Source of the DNA: an uncultured bacterium
GTDB lineage: Bacteria > Zixibacteria > MSB-5A5 > CAIYYT01
Reading direction: 5' to 3'
NCBI GenBank assembly: GCA_963707485.1
Contig: CAVPQS010000034.1
Coordinates: forward strand, 6,889-70,888
Length of the DNA: 64,000 nt
A program made the translations under genes and the position numbers. The notes under the pieces were generated by a model, which was not told the origin of the DNA, ran no database searches, and saw only the letters and a list, made by a program, of their open reading frames with translations. Positions 1 to 9,830 of the stretch are shown piece after piece (the first letter of the stretch is position 1; each line of letters starts with the position of its first letter).

Positions 1-2
1 TC

Positions 3-119
3 AACCATGTGAGCGACGACATAATCAGAGCAATTAAGCCGCGGCGGCTGCGCGTTGAGGCGCGATTCAACAATCGCGGCGGCATTCAGACGACGGTCGT
101 GCGCGAGTACACGGAATAA
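3..119 (+). CDS. queF: preQ1 synthase (7-cyano-7-deazaguanine reductase), 3' end only; runs off the window start
   Basis: Not in the ORF track. Frame from nt 3 reads NHVSDDIIRAIKPRRLRVEARFNNRGGIQTTVVREYTE* (TAA 117-119), matching the QueF C-terminal F-N-x-R-G-G-I motif. Confidence 0.8.
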   Translation, partial: NHVSDDIIRAIKPRRLRVEARFNNRGGIQTTVVREYTE

Positions 120-129
120 CTTGGATCGC

Positions 130-780
130 ATGAGCTCAATAACGACTGAATACTTCCTCGAATCCCTCGTAGTGGGCGATCTGCAAATGAACTGCTATAT
201 TTTCGGATGCAGCGATACGCGGCAGGCTGTGATCATTGATCCGGGGGGAGACGCCGATTTCATCGCGGAAACGGTCGAGAAGATTAATGCGACGATCAAG
301 ATGATTCTTCTTACCCACGGACACTATGATCATATTGCCGGACTGCGGGAGACCAAGAAGAGATTCAATTGCCCGGTGCTGATTCATGTCGCTGACGAAG
401 AGGCGTTGACAAATCCGATGGTAAACCTGAGCGCTTTGACAGGGGGCAATGTCGTTTGCGAGCCGGCGGATCAGATTCTTGACGACGGCGACAAAATCGC
501 GGTGGGAAAGCTGCAGCTTGAGGTGATACATACTCCGGGGCACACGCCGGGCGGGGTTTGCTTCCGGCACGGCAAGGTCGTGTTTGGAGGAGATTTGCTG
601 TTTGAGGGGGGTGTCGGCCGAACGGATCTTCCGGGGGGATCATTCGAGGAATTGGAGAGATCAATCGTTAAAAGAATGTACGTCCTGCCTGAGGACACGG
701 TGGTTTATCCCGGCCACGGCGAACCGACGACGATCGGTTTTGAGAAGAAACATAACCCATTTGTGAGGCAAAGCACGTGA
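130..780 (+). CDS. MBL-fold metallo-hydrolase (glyoxalase II/YcbL-like)
   Basis: THGHYDH, HTPGHT and GDLLF motifs. Start moved to ATG 130 because the track's extension to 55 overlaps the queF tail. Confidence 0.9.
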   Translation: MSSITTEYFLESLVVGDLQMNCYIFGCSDTRQAVIIDPGGDADFIAETVEKINATIKMILLTHGHYDHIAGLRETKKRFNCPVLIHVADEEALTNPMVNLSALTGGNVVCEPADQILDDGDKIAVGKLQLEVIHTPGHTPGGVCFRHGKVVFGGDLLFEGGVGRTDLPGGSFEELERSIVKRMYVLPEDTVVYPGHGEPTTIGFEKKHNPFVRQST

Positions 781-1613
781 GATTTCCAATCGGAGACAAC
801 CATGTTCATACCGATCATTCAGTAGACGCCAAGGGGACAGTTGAGGAATTTTGCCAGAAGGCGTTTGAGATTGGTCTCCACGAAATCACTTTTACAAACC
901 ATTATGAAATAATGCCTTCCCGTAAGGATCGGATGGGATACTTCATCTTTGGAGGCGAACGGGTTCCGGCCGGACCGGATGCCGTGAAGCGGATGATTGA
1001 GGAATTGCGCGAGGCGGGCGAGGCGTATTTTCCGGCGGGATTAAAGGTGAGAGTCGGGCTCGAAGTCGGATGGGATATCAGCCTTTACGAGCGTTTGACG
1101 AAGGAACTGAGCGAGTTCGATTTGGATTTCGTGATTGGATCGGTTCATGATATTGACGATAACCCGATTTTGGAGCGGGCTTTTGCGCCACAGTTCTTCC
1201 AGAGCAGACCGATTGATGCTTGGATTGAAAAGTACTTCAAGAAGGCTGAAGAGATCGCCGACTCGGGATTGTTCAATGTGATCGCCCACCTCGACGTATA
1301 TAAGCGTTATGGACTGCCGGTTTATGGCGACGCGCTGCGAGTGGTGCACAAGCCGTTTTTGGCGCGACTATTTGAAAAGATGAAGGCGAGCGATCTGGCG
1401 CTGGAGATTAATACGTCGGGAATGCGACATGGGGTGGGGGAGTATTACCCTTCCATCGACATTCTCAACGAAGCCAGGCGAGCTGAAGTATTTATCGCGG
1501 GCCTCGGTTCGGACGCCCACGCGCCCGATCAACTGGCGCTGGATTTTGAGTCGGCGATTGCACTGGCGCCGGAGATTTTGCCCTACGGTCTTGAAGAAGG
1601 GTATGACCTTTAA
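777..1613 (+). CDS. PHP-family histidinol-phosphatase (HisJ-like)
   Basis: HVHTDHS, TNH, GSVH, AHLD, EINTSG and GSDAH motifs. GTG start overlaps the upstream TGA. Confidence 0.85.
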   Translation: MRFPIGDNHVHTDHSVDAKGTVEEFCQKAFEIGLHEITFTNHYEIMPSRKDRMGYFIFGGERVPAGPDAVKRMIEELREAGEAYFPAGLKVRVGLEVGWDISLYERLTKELSEFDLDFVIGSVHDIDDNPILERAFAPQFFQSRPIDAWIEKYFKKAEEIADSGLFNVIAHLDVYKRYGLPVYGDALRVVHKPFLARLFEKMKASDLALEINTSGMRHGVGEYYPSIDILNEARRAEVFIAGLGSDAHAPDQLALDFESAIALAPEILPYGLEEGYDL

Positions 1614-2205
1614 GTTGCCACGCGAATTTTATCGCCAGCCAACTTTGACGGTAGCCCAGTTGCTGATTGGAAAGATATTCGTGAGCAAGCGGGCCGGCGC
1701 GAAGTTGACGGGAAAGATTGTTGAGGTCGAGGCCTATATCGGCGAAGACGATCCGGCCTGTCATGCGCGATTCGGCAAGACTGGAAGAAATGCGGTCATG
1801 TATGGCGATGCCGGGCGCCTTTATGTCTACTTCATATACGGAATGCACAACATGCTCAATTTCGTGACAGAAGGCAAAGGGACGCCGGCTGCGGTTTTGA
1901 TTCGGGCGGTTGAACCGATTGACGGGATCGAGTTGATGCAGAAAAATCGCGGCGTCGGCGGAATTCACCGGCTTTGCTCGGGTCCGGGGAAACTCTGCCA
2001 AGCGTTTGACATCAAGTTGACGGATACTGGTAAGAGCCTAACCGGAGGCGAGTACTTCGTGTTGGACGATGGCGGAAGCGCGCCAAAGGTTGCTTCGTGT
2101 TCGCGAATTGGGATTACACAAGGCCACGATTTATTGTGGCGCTTTTATGATAGTGAAAGTAAATTCGTCTCCCCAAGTAGGAGGATAGATGCAAGGTCAG
2201 ATTAA
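1603..2205 (+). CDS. mpg: DNA-3-methyladenine glycosylase (AAG/MPG family)
   Basis: [37 protein letters not shown] and SRIGI motifs. Start reassigned to ATG 1603. Confidence 0.92.
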   Translation: MTFKLPREFYRQPTLTVAQLLIGKIFVSKRAGAKLTGKIVEVEAYIGEDDPACHARFGKTGRNAVMYGDAGRLYVYFIYGMHNMLNFVTEGKGTPAAVLIRAVEPIDGIELMQKNRGVGGIHRLCSGPGKLCQAFDIKLTDTGKSLTGGEYFVLDDGGSAPKVASCSRIGITQGHDLLWRFYDSESKFVSPSRRIDARSD

Positions 2206-3460
2206 ATCCAAGGACGTGCCGCTTTCTGTATTCGAGAATGTCTTGAATCAGATCGACACGGCCGCGCGACTGTTGAAGATCGACCCCGCTTTGGTGGAAA
2301 TCATGAAGCAGCCGCGTCGATGCGTGATTGTTCGATTGCCGATTCAGATGGATGACGGCAGGTTTGAGGTATTTACGGGTTATCGCGTACAGCACAGTAT
2401 CGTGCGCGGTCCGGCAAAGGGCGGGATTCGGTTTCATCCCAATGTCACGCTCGACGAAGTACAGGCGCTGGCAAGTTGGATGACCTGGAAGTGTGCTGTG
2501 GTGAATATTCCGTTTGGCGGCGGCAAGGGCGGTATCACGGTCGATCCGAAGAAGTTGTCGAAGGGCGAACTTGAACGACTGACACGCCGATACACGGCGG
2601 ATCTGATTGATGTCATCGGTCCGAATTCAGACGTGCCTGCTCCCGACGTAAACACGAATGAGCAGACGATGGCGTGGATAATGGATACGTATTCGATGCA
2701 TGTCCGTCATACAGAGGCTGCTGTGGTAACGGGCAAGCCATTTTTGATTGGCGGTTCGCGCGGAAGGCGCGAAGCGACCGGACGCGGACTGATGTTGACA
2801 GTGCGGGAAGCATATAAAGCTCTCGGACTCGATATTAAGAAGGCGACAGCGGCAGTAGTAGGATTTGGCAATGTGGGTTCGATTGCCGCAGAACTCCTTC
2901 ACAGCATAGGAGTCAAGATCATAGCGGTAACGGATGTTATGGGTGGCGTGACGAACAAGAGCGGACTTGACATTCCGCGCTTGATCGAGCACTGCAATGC
3001 GACCGGATCAGTCGTTGGTTTTCCGGGCACGACGCCAATCACGAACGATGAGGCGGTCGCACTGGATGTCGAGATTCTTGTGCCGGCGGCTCTTGAGAAT
3101 TTGATCACCGGGGAAAACGCGGATAGTGTCAAGGCGCGGATTGTTGCCGAGGGCGCCAATGGTCCGACGATGCCGGAAGCGGATAAGATTCTGGAGAAGA
3201 AGGGCGTTTTTATTATTCCCGACATTCTCTGTAATGCGGGCGGTGTAACGGTTTCCTATTTTGAGTGGGTTCAGAACCGGATTGGATACTATTGGACGGA
3301 AGACGAGGTTAACCGCCGGCTGGAAATTGCAATGGTGGCTGCCTTCAATGACGTCTATGCGGTAGCTCAGCAATACAAGGTCAATATGCGAGTGGCGGCG
3401 TTTATGCTGGGGATCAAGCGGGTTGTCGATGTGATCCTCTTGCGTGGAGTATACGCCTAA
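2189..3460 (+). CDS. gdhA: Glu/Leu/Phe/Val dehydrogenase (glutamate dehydrogenase)
   Basis: [37 protein letters not shown] and EGANGP motifs. Confidence 0.95.
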   Translation: MQGQIKSKDVPLSVFENVLNQIDTAARLLKIDPALVEIMKQPRRCVIVRLPIQMDDGRFEVFTGYRVQHSIVRGPAKGGIRFHPNVTLDEVQALASWMTWKCAVVNIPFGGGKGGITVDPKKLSKGELERLTRRYTADLIDVIGPNSDVPAPDVNTNEQTMAWIMDTYSMHVRHTEAAVVTGKPFLIGGSRGRREATGRGLMLTVREAYKALGLDIKKATAAVVGFGNVGSIAAELLHSIGVKIIAVTDVMGGVTNKSGLDIPRLIEHCNATGSVVGFPGTTPITNDEAVALDVEILVPAALENLITGENADSVKARIVAEGANGPTMPEADKILEKKGVFIIPDILCNAGGVTVSYFEWVQNRIGYYWTEDEVNRRLEIAMVAAFNDVYAVAQQYKVNMRVAAFMLGIKRVVDVILLRGVYA

Positions 3461-3500
3461 CGGCAAGAGCGGCGGTTTTGACTCGCGATATTCGAGAATT

Positions 3501-3536
3501 ATGGCGGTTGGAGGCTACTTCGGCCGTCATTTTTTA
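3501..3536 (+). terminator. Intrinsic terminator after gdhA
   Basis: ATGGCGGTTGGAG-GCTA-CTTCGGCCGTCAT forms a 13-bp stem (with G:U pairs) followed by a T run. Confidence 0.75.
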
Positions 3537-3591
3537 TGGGGAACGAATGGTCATTAATTCGTATTATACTTGACGAAATGGAGGATGAACG

Positions 3592-4236
3592 TTGATCGAC
3601 TTACAACAGGCACTCATTGGGTTGCCGATATTGTTTCTCTCATTGACAGTACACGAATTTTCGCATGCCTGGTCCGCCAACAAGCTGGGAGATCCAACTG
3701 CCAAGCATATGGGCAGGATGACGCTTAACCCTATCGTCCATATTGATTTGATGGGGTTGGTGATGATGGTGGCATCGGGATTTCGTTTCGGGTGGGCCAA
3801 GCCGGTGCCGATCAATCCGGCCAATTTTCGCAACTGGCGTCAGGGCATGTTGTGGGTGAGCCTGGCCGGGCCGATATCAAATATCATTCTCGCGACCGTC
3901 GCTGCGGTCTTGTTTCGTTTGATTCCGTATGTCGGATTGGGCGAACAGGATGCGGGCATAGCCTACAATATGGTCTATATGATGATAGTCATCAATTGTG
4001 CGCTGGCGTTTTTCAATATGATACCGCTGCCACCGCTGGACGGCTCGAAAGTACTGATTGCGCTGCTTCCGCCGCAGTATGAGAATTTTGCGATCAGTCT
4101 GGAACGTTACGGTCCGATGATACTGCTGGGAGTCATTTTCGTAGGCTTCGTGATGCCGGTGTCGCCGATTTGGTTAGTTATCGGTCCATTCGTCAAGACC
4201 GCCGTGATGATGTTCACCGGCTATCCAATGGCGTAG
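3592..4236 (+). CDS. Site-2 protease family (M50) membrane metalloprotease
   Basis: HEFSH zinc motif, FGWAKPVP, AGPISN and NMIPLPPLDG motifs. TTG start behind a GGAGG RBS. Confidence 0.92.
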   Translation: MIDLQQALIGLPILFLSLTVHEFSHAWSANKLGDPTAKHMGRMTLNPIVHIDLMGLVMMVASGFRFGWAKPVPINPANFRNWRQGMLWVSLAGPISNIILATVAAVLFRLIPYVGLGEQDAGIAYNMVYMMIVINCALAFFNMIPLPPLDGSKVLIALLPPQYENFAISLERYGPMILLGVIFVGFVMPVSPIWLVIGPFVKTAVMMFTGYPMA

Positions 4237-4239
4237 CAA

Positions 4240-4983
4240 TTGAAGCCGATTTTTCCTTTCCTTCTTTTGAGTGTTCTTGCCATCGTGGTTTTCGGTTGTG
4301 CCGGAAACAATGTTGCCACACAGAAGACGAGCGCCGAAAGCCAGTTTCTCGAATTGGCGGAGCGACATTCGACTGAACTCACTTCACATGCTGCATTGCT
4401 GCGGGTGAAGGTTAAACGCGACCGGCGCATCGACGATTTTCGCGTCGAGATTTTCAGCCGCCAAGGCGGAGATCTTTCACTATATGTAAGGGGTTTTCTG
4501 GGGACGGCAGTATTTAAGGCGGTGGTGTCCGGAGATTTGTTGACCTGTTATTTCCCGCGGGAGAAGCGATTTTTCAGCGGTCAAGTGGAAGATTTGGAAA
4601 CCGGTTCGCTGAGTGACTCGCGTCACATAATTGATGTGCTTCTGAACTATTATCGCGGGGGATATGAATTGCCGACCGGCGAGGCATGGGAAGTACATGT
4701 CAGCAAGAAGAAGAGGGCGTTTGCTATCGACCTGGTCGACAGCATTCATTGGCTAAAATTCGACGCGAGAATCATTTCGAACCCGAAGAAATTTCCATAT
4801 TTGCATATGGAGACGATTAAACTGGAGTCGAGCGACCATGGATTTATGGCGAACATCGCTGTGCAGAGCAGTTCGTTCAACCGCGAACTCCCTGATGAGA
4901 AGTTCGAACTTGATATTCCCGAGGGCGCTTTTGTTCTGACCCGCGAAGACCTCGCCGATCTGTTGACCAACCTGGCGCAGTAG
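4240..4983 (+). CDS. Putative lipoprotein, possibly DUF4292/LolA-like fold
   Basis: Signal peptide with lipobox VFGC, beta-rich body, C-terminal F-x-L-x-I-P ending. Family call is tentative. Confidence 0.55.
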   Translation: MKPIFPFLLLSVLAIVVFGCAGNNVATQKTSAESQFLELAERHSTELTSHAALLRVKVKRDRRIDDFRVEIFSRQGGDLSLYVRGFLGTAVFKAVVSGDLLTCYFPREKRFFSGQVEDLETGSLSDSRHIIDVLLNYYRGGYELPTGEAWEVHVSKKKRAFAIDLVDSIHWLKFDARIISNPKKFPYLHMETIKLESSDHGFMANIAVQSSSFNRELPDEKFELDIPEGAFVLTREDLADLLTNLAQ

Positions 4984-5026
4984 CAAATCGCTAAACCTTT
5001 AGCGGACAAAGCCTGCTTGCGAAAAC

Positions 5027-5056
5027 TTGCAATTGTAACACCAAATTAGGTATACT
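5027..5056 (+). promoter_or_regulatory. Sigma70-type promoter for the msbA/LPS operon
   Basis: TTGCAA (5027-5032), 18-nt spacer, TATACT (5051-5056). Confidence 0.55.
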
Positions 5057-5062
5057 GACCGA

Positions 5063-6919
5063 ATGATTCGCAGGCTCTATTCATATTTCAAGCCCTTTCG
5101 GAAGCACCTCGCGATCTCTCTGGTATGTGTTCTGTTGTATAGTCTGACTTCCGGCGCAATGATTTATCTCGCCAGTGCGTTGCCGGGGCTGCTTTACGGT
5201 GCAGAGGCGGTATCGACGGCGCCGACCGATGCCTTGACGAACCTGGGGTTTTTCGACGGGTTGCGAACGGACCTTAACAATTTCGTGACGCAGCTATTGA
5301 TGAGCAATGACCGGGAAGCCAATCTGCGGAATTTGTGCATTGCGCTTGTACTGATCACGATCGCCAAGAATTTGTTTTTGTTTCTGCAGGGATTTTTTAC
5401 TGCCTATGTCGAGCAGGGGATAACAAAGCGCTTCCGTGACCAGATTTACAACCATCTACAGAAGTTATCGTTGTCGTTTTTTCATCGGAGCCGCACGGGA
5501 AATCTGATATCGATCACAATGAACGACGTGCAGAAGATTCACGAGACGCTGAATAATACGATCAACAATCTGATCCGCGATCCGTTGCAGATTCTGGTGT
5601 TCCTGGGGTTCATGATCGCGGTCAGTTGGCAATTGACTCTGATCACGATTGCGGTACTGGCGCTGATTTTCTTGTCAATTTACCAGGTGGGAAAGTTGAT
5701 CCGACGATATAGTCTCAGAGCGCAAGAGGCGATTTCCGAGGTTTCGACAACGCTGGAAGAGACGATTAACGCGATCAGAATTGTGCGGGCATACGCGGCG
5801 GAACCATTTGAGATCAAGAAATTCAACGAGCGGACGCGGAACTATTTCCGCACGATGTTGAAGATCAATCGTGTGCGGCTGATTTCCGGGCCAATCAACG
5901 AACTACTCGGGGTGACGGCAGTGGTGATTGTCTTGTGGTGGGGCGGACGCGCGGTCTTGAGCGCGGGGGCTTTGCAGCCGAATGATTTGATGCTGTATAT
6001 CCTTGCGATGTTTTCAATTATCAATCCGGCCAAGTCGGTTTCGAGTTTGCATGTCAAGCTGAATGAGGGAATGGCATCGGCGCAGAGAATTTTTGATTTA
6101 TTGGATGTCCAGCCGCGCGTGGTTGAGCCGGAACGCCCAATAGAGATTGCGTCGTTCGAGCGGGAAATCGTTTTCGACAATGTCGGGTTCGAATACAACG
6201 AAGGCGAGCCGGTGCTGCAGGATATCAGTTTCAAAGTAAAGAAGGGACAGATTATTGCGCTGGTGGGTCCTTCGGGGAGCGGCAAGTCGACGCTGGTGGA
6301 TTTGCTTTGCCGGTTTGATGACCCGGGCGTCGGCGCGATCAAAATAGACGGCCATAACCTGCGTGATTTGTCGATGAGTTCGCTGCGCGGGCTATTGGGC
6401 GTGGTCACCCAGGAGACGATCCTCTTTAATGATTCGATCAGGAACAACATCGCTTATCCGGAGACGGACAAAGATGACGGCAGATTGCAGCGGGCGGCCA
6501 AGGCGGCGAATGCCTACAATTTCGTGATGGAGATGCCGAACCAGTTCGACACCGTGATCGGCAATCGCGGAATGATGGTCTCGGGCGGCGAGCGGCAGCG
6601 GTTGGCAATAGCGCGGGCTTTGATGAAGGATCCGGAGATACTGATATTTGACGAGGCGACTTCAGCGCTGGACACGGAATCGGAGCGACTGGTGCAGGAG
6701 GCGATTGACCGTTTGATGGCAGGGCGCACGGCAATTGTGATCGCGCACCGTCTATCGACGATTTTGCACGCGGACTTGATTTTGGTGCTGAAAGACGGAC
6801 GGGTCGTCGAACGGGGACGGCACGACGAGCTGCTGCGAGTTGGCGGGGTGTACCGCCGGTTGTACGACATGCAATTCGAGAGGAATGATGCAACAAAAGC
6901 TGGAGCGGAAAGCGCCTAA
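5063..6919 (+). CDS. msbA: ABC exporter, MsbA-like lipid A flippase
   Basis: TM domain plus NBD with GPSGSGKST, SGGERQR and DEATSALD motifs. LPS glycosyltransferases follow directly. Confidence 0.8.
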   Translation: MIRRLYSYFKPFRKHLAISLVCVLLYSLTSGAMIYLASALPGLLYGAEAVSTAPTDALTNLGFFDGLRTDLNNFVTQLLMSNDREANLRNLCIALVLITIAKNLFLFLQGFFTAYVEQGITKRFRDQIYNHLQKLSLSFFHRSRTGNLISITMNDVQKIHETLNNTINNLIRDPLQILVFLGFMIAVSWQLTLITIAVLALIFLSIYQVGKLIRRYSLRAQEAISEVSTTLEETINAIRIVRAYAAEPFEIKKFNERTRNYFRTMLKINRVRLISGPINELLGVTAVVIVLWWGGRAVLSAGALQPNDLMLYILAMFSIINPAKSVSSLHVKLNEGMASAQRIFDLLDVQPRVVEPERPIEIASFEREIVFDNVGFEYNEGEPVLQDISFKVKKGQIIALVGPSGSGKSTLVDLLCRFDDPGVGAIKIDGHNLRDLSMSSLRGLLGVVTQETILFNDSIRNNIAYPETDKDDGRLQRAAKAANAYNFVMEMPNQFDTVIGNRGMMVSGGERQRLAIARALMKDPEILIFDEATSALDTESERLVQEAIDRLMAGRTAIVIAHRLSTILHADLILVLKDGRVVERGRHDELLRVGGVYRRLYDMQFERNDATKAGAESA

Positions 6920-8060
6920 GCTGGCGCAATTTCTCAAAGAATTCGAAATCCAGTTCAAGTGGCTGTTTATCTGGGTGTTTCTGCGGATATTATCCAATGC
7001 CAGCCGCCGGCACGCGAAGCCGCTGAATCCGCGCGCGATCAAGTCAGTGCTGTTCCTGCGCCACGACAAGATCGGCGATATGGTGGTGACATTGCCGACG
7101 CTGCGGACGTTGAGACACTTTAGGCCGGATATCACGATCGGCGTGCTCGCTTCGCCGGTAAATCATCAAGTCATCGAGCATGATACGGCTGTCGACCACA
7201 TTCATGTATATCACAAGTCGATTCGCAATATGGGCAAGATGTTCCGCGAGATTCGGGCGGTTAATTACGACATGATCGTTGATTTGATGACGGGAACCTC
7301 GGTGACCTCGTTAGTTATTGCCATGCTCGGTTCGCCGCGAGCTTATCGAGCGGGTATCTGCAAAGAGTCATTTGGAAAGTATTATGACAATTACACAATG
7401 AATGCGATGAACCTCGCGAAGAAGCTTCATATCACGGAAATGTTTCTGGCAATGATGGAACCGCTTGGGATCAAGTTACGCGATCGGGTCCACGATACCA
7501 AAATTGCGCTGAGCAGACAGCAACAGCAGCGGGGCAGACAATTGGAGGAACAGGTTCGCATTCCGACTGCGGACGGTTTGATTATGCTCAATGTTTCCGC
7601 GGGCAAACTTGACCGCACGATCAGCCAGGAAAAGTTTTGTCTCCTGGTCGAGGACTTGTCGCGGCGGTATTCGAATCTGCAATTCATGATCTCGTATGCG
7701 CCGAATGAAATCGCGGCAGCGCGCGAAGCGCAAGCACGCGGCGGGCAAAATGTGACACTGCTGCCGGAAGGCGTGGGAATTATGGACTTGGTGGCGTTGA
7801 TCCCGCATTTGGATGCGATCATATCGGTCGATACTTCGGTGTGTCACATTGCGGCAAACCTCGATGTGCCTTTGTTGGCGATGTACAATGGCAATGAGCC
7901 GAATTTCGTGCGCTGGCGGCCATACGGTAGGAAGGTTTGGGTAGTGCGATCATCGGATCCGAAGAGTGTCGATGGAATTGAGTCGGCGCAGTTGCAGACG
8001 GCCGCGGATGAGTTCATCGCGGAACTTTCGCGGCGTTCGATTTTGTCGAGGTCGAGTTGA
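6885..8060 (+). CDS. Glycosyltransferase family 9 (ADP-heptose:LPS heptosyltransferase-like)
   Basis: RHDKIGDMVVT and ISVDTSVCHIAA motifs. Start moved to ATG 6885. Confidence 0.88.
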   Translation: MMQQKLERKAPKLAQFLKEFEIQFKWLFIWVFLRILSNASRRHAKPLNPRAIKSVLFLRHDKIGDMVVTLPTLRTLRHFRPDITIGVLASPVNHQVIEHDTAVDHIHVYHKSIRNMGKMFREIRAVNYDMIVDLMTGTSVTSLVIAMLGSPRAYRAGICKESFGKYYDNYTMNAMNLAKKLHITEMFLAMMEPLGIKLRDRVHDTKIALSRQQQQRGRQLEEQVRIPTADGLIMLNVSAGKLDRTISQEKFCLLVEDLSRRYSNLQFMISYAPNEIAAAREAQARGGQNVTLLPEGVGIMDLVALIPHLDAIISVDTSVCHIAANLDVPLLAMYNGNEPNFVRWRPYGRKVWVVRSSDPKSVDGIESAQLQTAADEFIAELSRRSILSRSS

Positions 8061-8061
8061 G

Positions 8062-8805
8062 ATGGGACGGCTCTCGGTAATAATCATAACGAAGAATGAG
8101 GAACTGAACCTTCGGCGCTGCCTCGATTCCATTCGATTTGCGGATGAGATTATCATCAACGACACCGGATCAAGCGATCAGACGATTGCGATAGCGTGCG
8201 AATACAAATGCCGAGTGCTGGAAAATGACTTTGCAGGATTTGGGAGGGCGAAACAGCAGGCGCTGGAAGCGGCAACATGTGAATGGGTGTTGTCAATAGA
8301 CGCCGATGAAGTAATCGATGCCGAATTGGCGGAGAGTATACGAAAGGCGATTGATTCCAAGTCCGCCAATGGATGCCGGTTCAGACGCAAGTCGCAGTTT
8401 CTGGGACGCTGGATCATGCACTCGGGATGGTATCCGGGTTATGTGATGAGGTTATTCCGGCGCGAGTGCGGGCGATTCAACGATAACAGAGTTCACGAGT
8501 CGGTGATTTTAAGCGGCAAGGCAGCGCGGATCGAAGGGCACATGCTGCATTACACTTATCCATTCTCGTCGCTGTATATCGAAAAGATGAATCGATATAC
8601 CAGTCTTTACGCGGAGCAGATGACTCAAAACGGGAAGCGATTTTCGTTTTGGAAGCTGCTGGTCAAGCCGCCGATTTACTTCTTCAAAATCTATATTATC
8701 AAGCAAGGATTCCGCGACGGCTTGGCGGGGTTGATTTTGGCGGTGTTTTCGACTTTTGACGTTTTTGCGCGGCATGTAAAGCTCTGGGAATTGCAGCGGC
8801 AATGA
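8062..8805 (+). CDS. Glycosyltransferase family 2 (WaaE/KdtX-like LPS core enzyme)
   Basis: LSVIIITKNEE, DTGSSDQT, WVLSIDADE, VHE and HYTY motifs. ATG 8062. Confidence 0.88.
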   Translation: MGRLSVIIITKNEELNLRRCLDSIRFADEIIINDTGSSDQTIAIACEYKCRVLENDFAGFGRAKQQALEAATCEWVLSIDADEVIDAELAESIRKAIDSKSANGCRFRRKSQFLGRWIMHSGWYPGYVMRLFRRECGRFNDNRVHESVILSGKAARIEGHMLHYTYPFSSLYIEKMNRYTSLYAEQMTQNGKRFSFWKLLVKPPIYFFKIYIIKQGFRDGLAGLILAVFSTFDVFARHVKLWELQRQ

Positions 8806-9830
8806 CGCGAGCGCTCTTGGTTCGGTCCGATGCGGTCGGTGATTTGGCGCTGACGTTGCCTGTCGCGCGGTCGATCAAGCAGGCAAATCCGGATATGCAG
8901 CTCGCGCTATTAACAAGCCGATACACGGCGCCGATGCTCGCGGGTGAGGGTTACATCGACGACATCGTTACGATTCCGAACCGGGCGCTGAGCAATATGA
9001 AAGAGATAACCGCGTTGGCGCGCGATCTGGGGCGGATGAAAGTTGACACGTGCGTGATGTTTTATCCGCGGCTGTCGCTGGCGTTGGCGGTGTATTTGGC
9101 GAAGATTCCGGTGAGAATCGGGACGGCGCGGCGGGCATACAGCATGCTGTTCAACAGGCGCGTGAATTTGCACCGGCGAAATTCGGGAAAGCATGAACTG
9201 GACTTGAATTACGACTTGGTTGAATCGAGCTTTCCGGGCTTGAGCCGATTCGAGCCGTCGCTGACAGTCACGGCGAGCGAGGCTGACAGGGCGGAAGCGT
9301 TTCTTGCTGAAGTCGGGATCGATCGAGATTCGCGGTTCATCATAGTTCACCCGTTGTCGCACGGGTCGTCGCCGAATTGGCGAATTGAAAAGTATGTTGA
9401 ACTTGTCGAGAAACTGGCTGGTGACGGGCACAGGATTGTGATAACGGGTTCGCAACTAGAGGCGGATGACTTGGCGAGAGCATTTGGGTCGTCTGGGGCG
9501 TTTGTTATCAATATCGCGGGTAAAACCGATTTGGCGCTGCTGAAGGCAATAATTCACAAGGCGACGCTTTTGGTGAGCGGGAGCACGGGTCCGATACATT
9601 TAGCCGGAGCGGTCGGGACATTTGCGGTGGGGATTTATCCGCCGGAATCAGCGCTTTCGCCGGTGCGGTGGGGACCGCGTGGATACGCAAACAAACTGTT
9701 TCTGCCCGCTGTAAATGAATATAAGGGCAGTTCAGTCGATCTAATGGATATGATTGCCGTACAAGAAGTATATGAATTCATTATGGCGCAATTATCCGAG
9801 AAAAAGAACAGGAAGATCGGTAGAGAATAG
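8802..9830 (+). CDS. Glycosyltransferase family 9 (heptosyltransferase-like)
   Basis: RSDAVGDLAL and STGPIHLAGAVG motifs. Confidence 0.88.
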   Translation: MTRALLVRSDAVGDLALTLPVARSIKQANPDMQLALLTSRYTAPMLAGEGYIDDIVTIPNRALSNMKEITALARDLGRMKVDTCVMFYPRLSLALAVYLAKIPVRIGTARRAYSMLFNRRVNLHRRNSGKHELDLNYDLVESSFPGLSRFEPSLTVTASEADRAEAFLAEVGIDRDSRFIIVHPLSHGSSPNWRIEKYVELVEKLAGDGHRIVITGSQLEADDLARAFGSSGAFVINIAGKTDLALLKAIIHKATLLVSGSTGPIHLAGAVGTFAVGIYPPESALSPVRWGPRGYANKLFLPAVNEYKGSSVDLMDMIAVQEVYEFIMAQLSEKKNRKIGRE

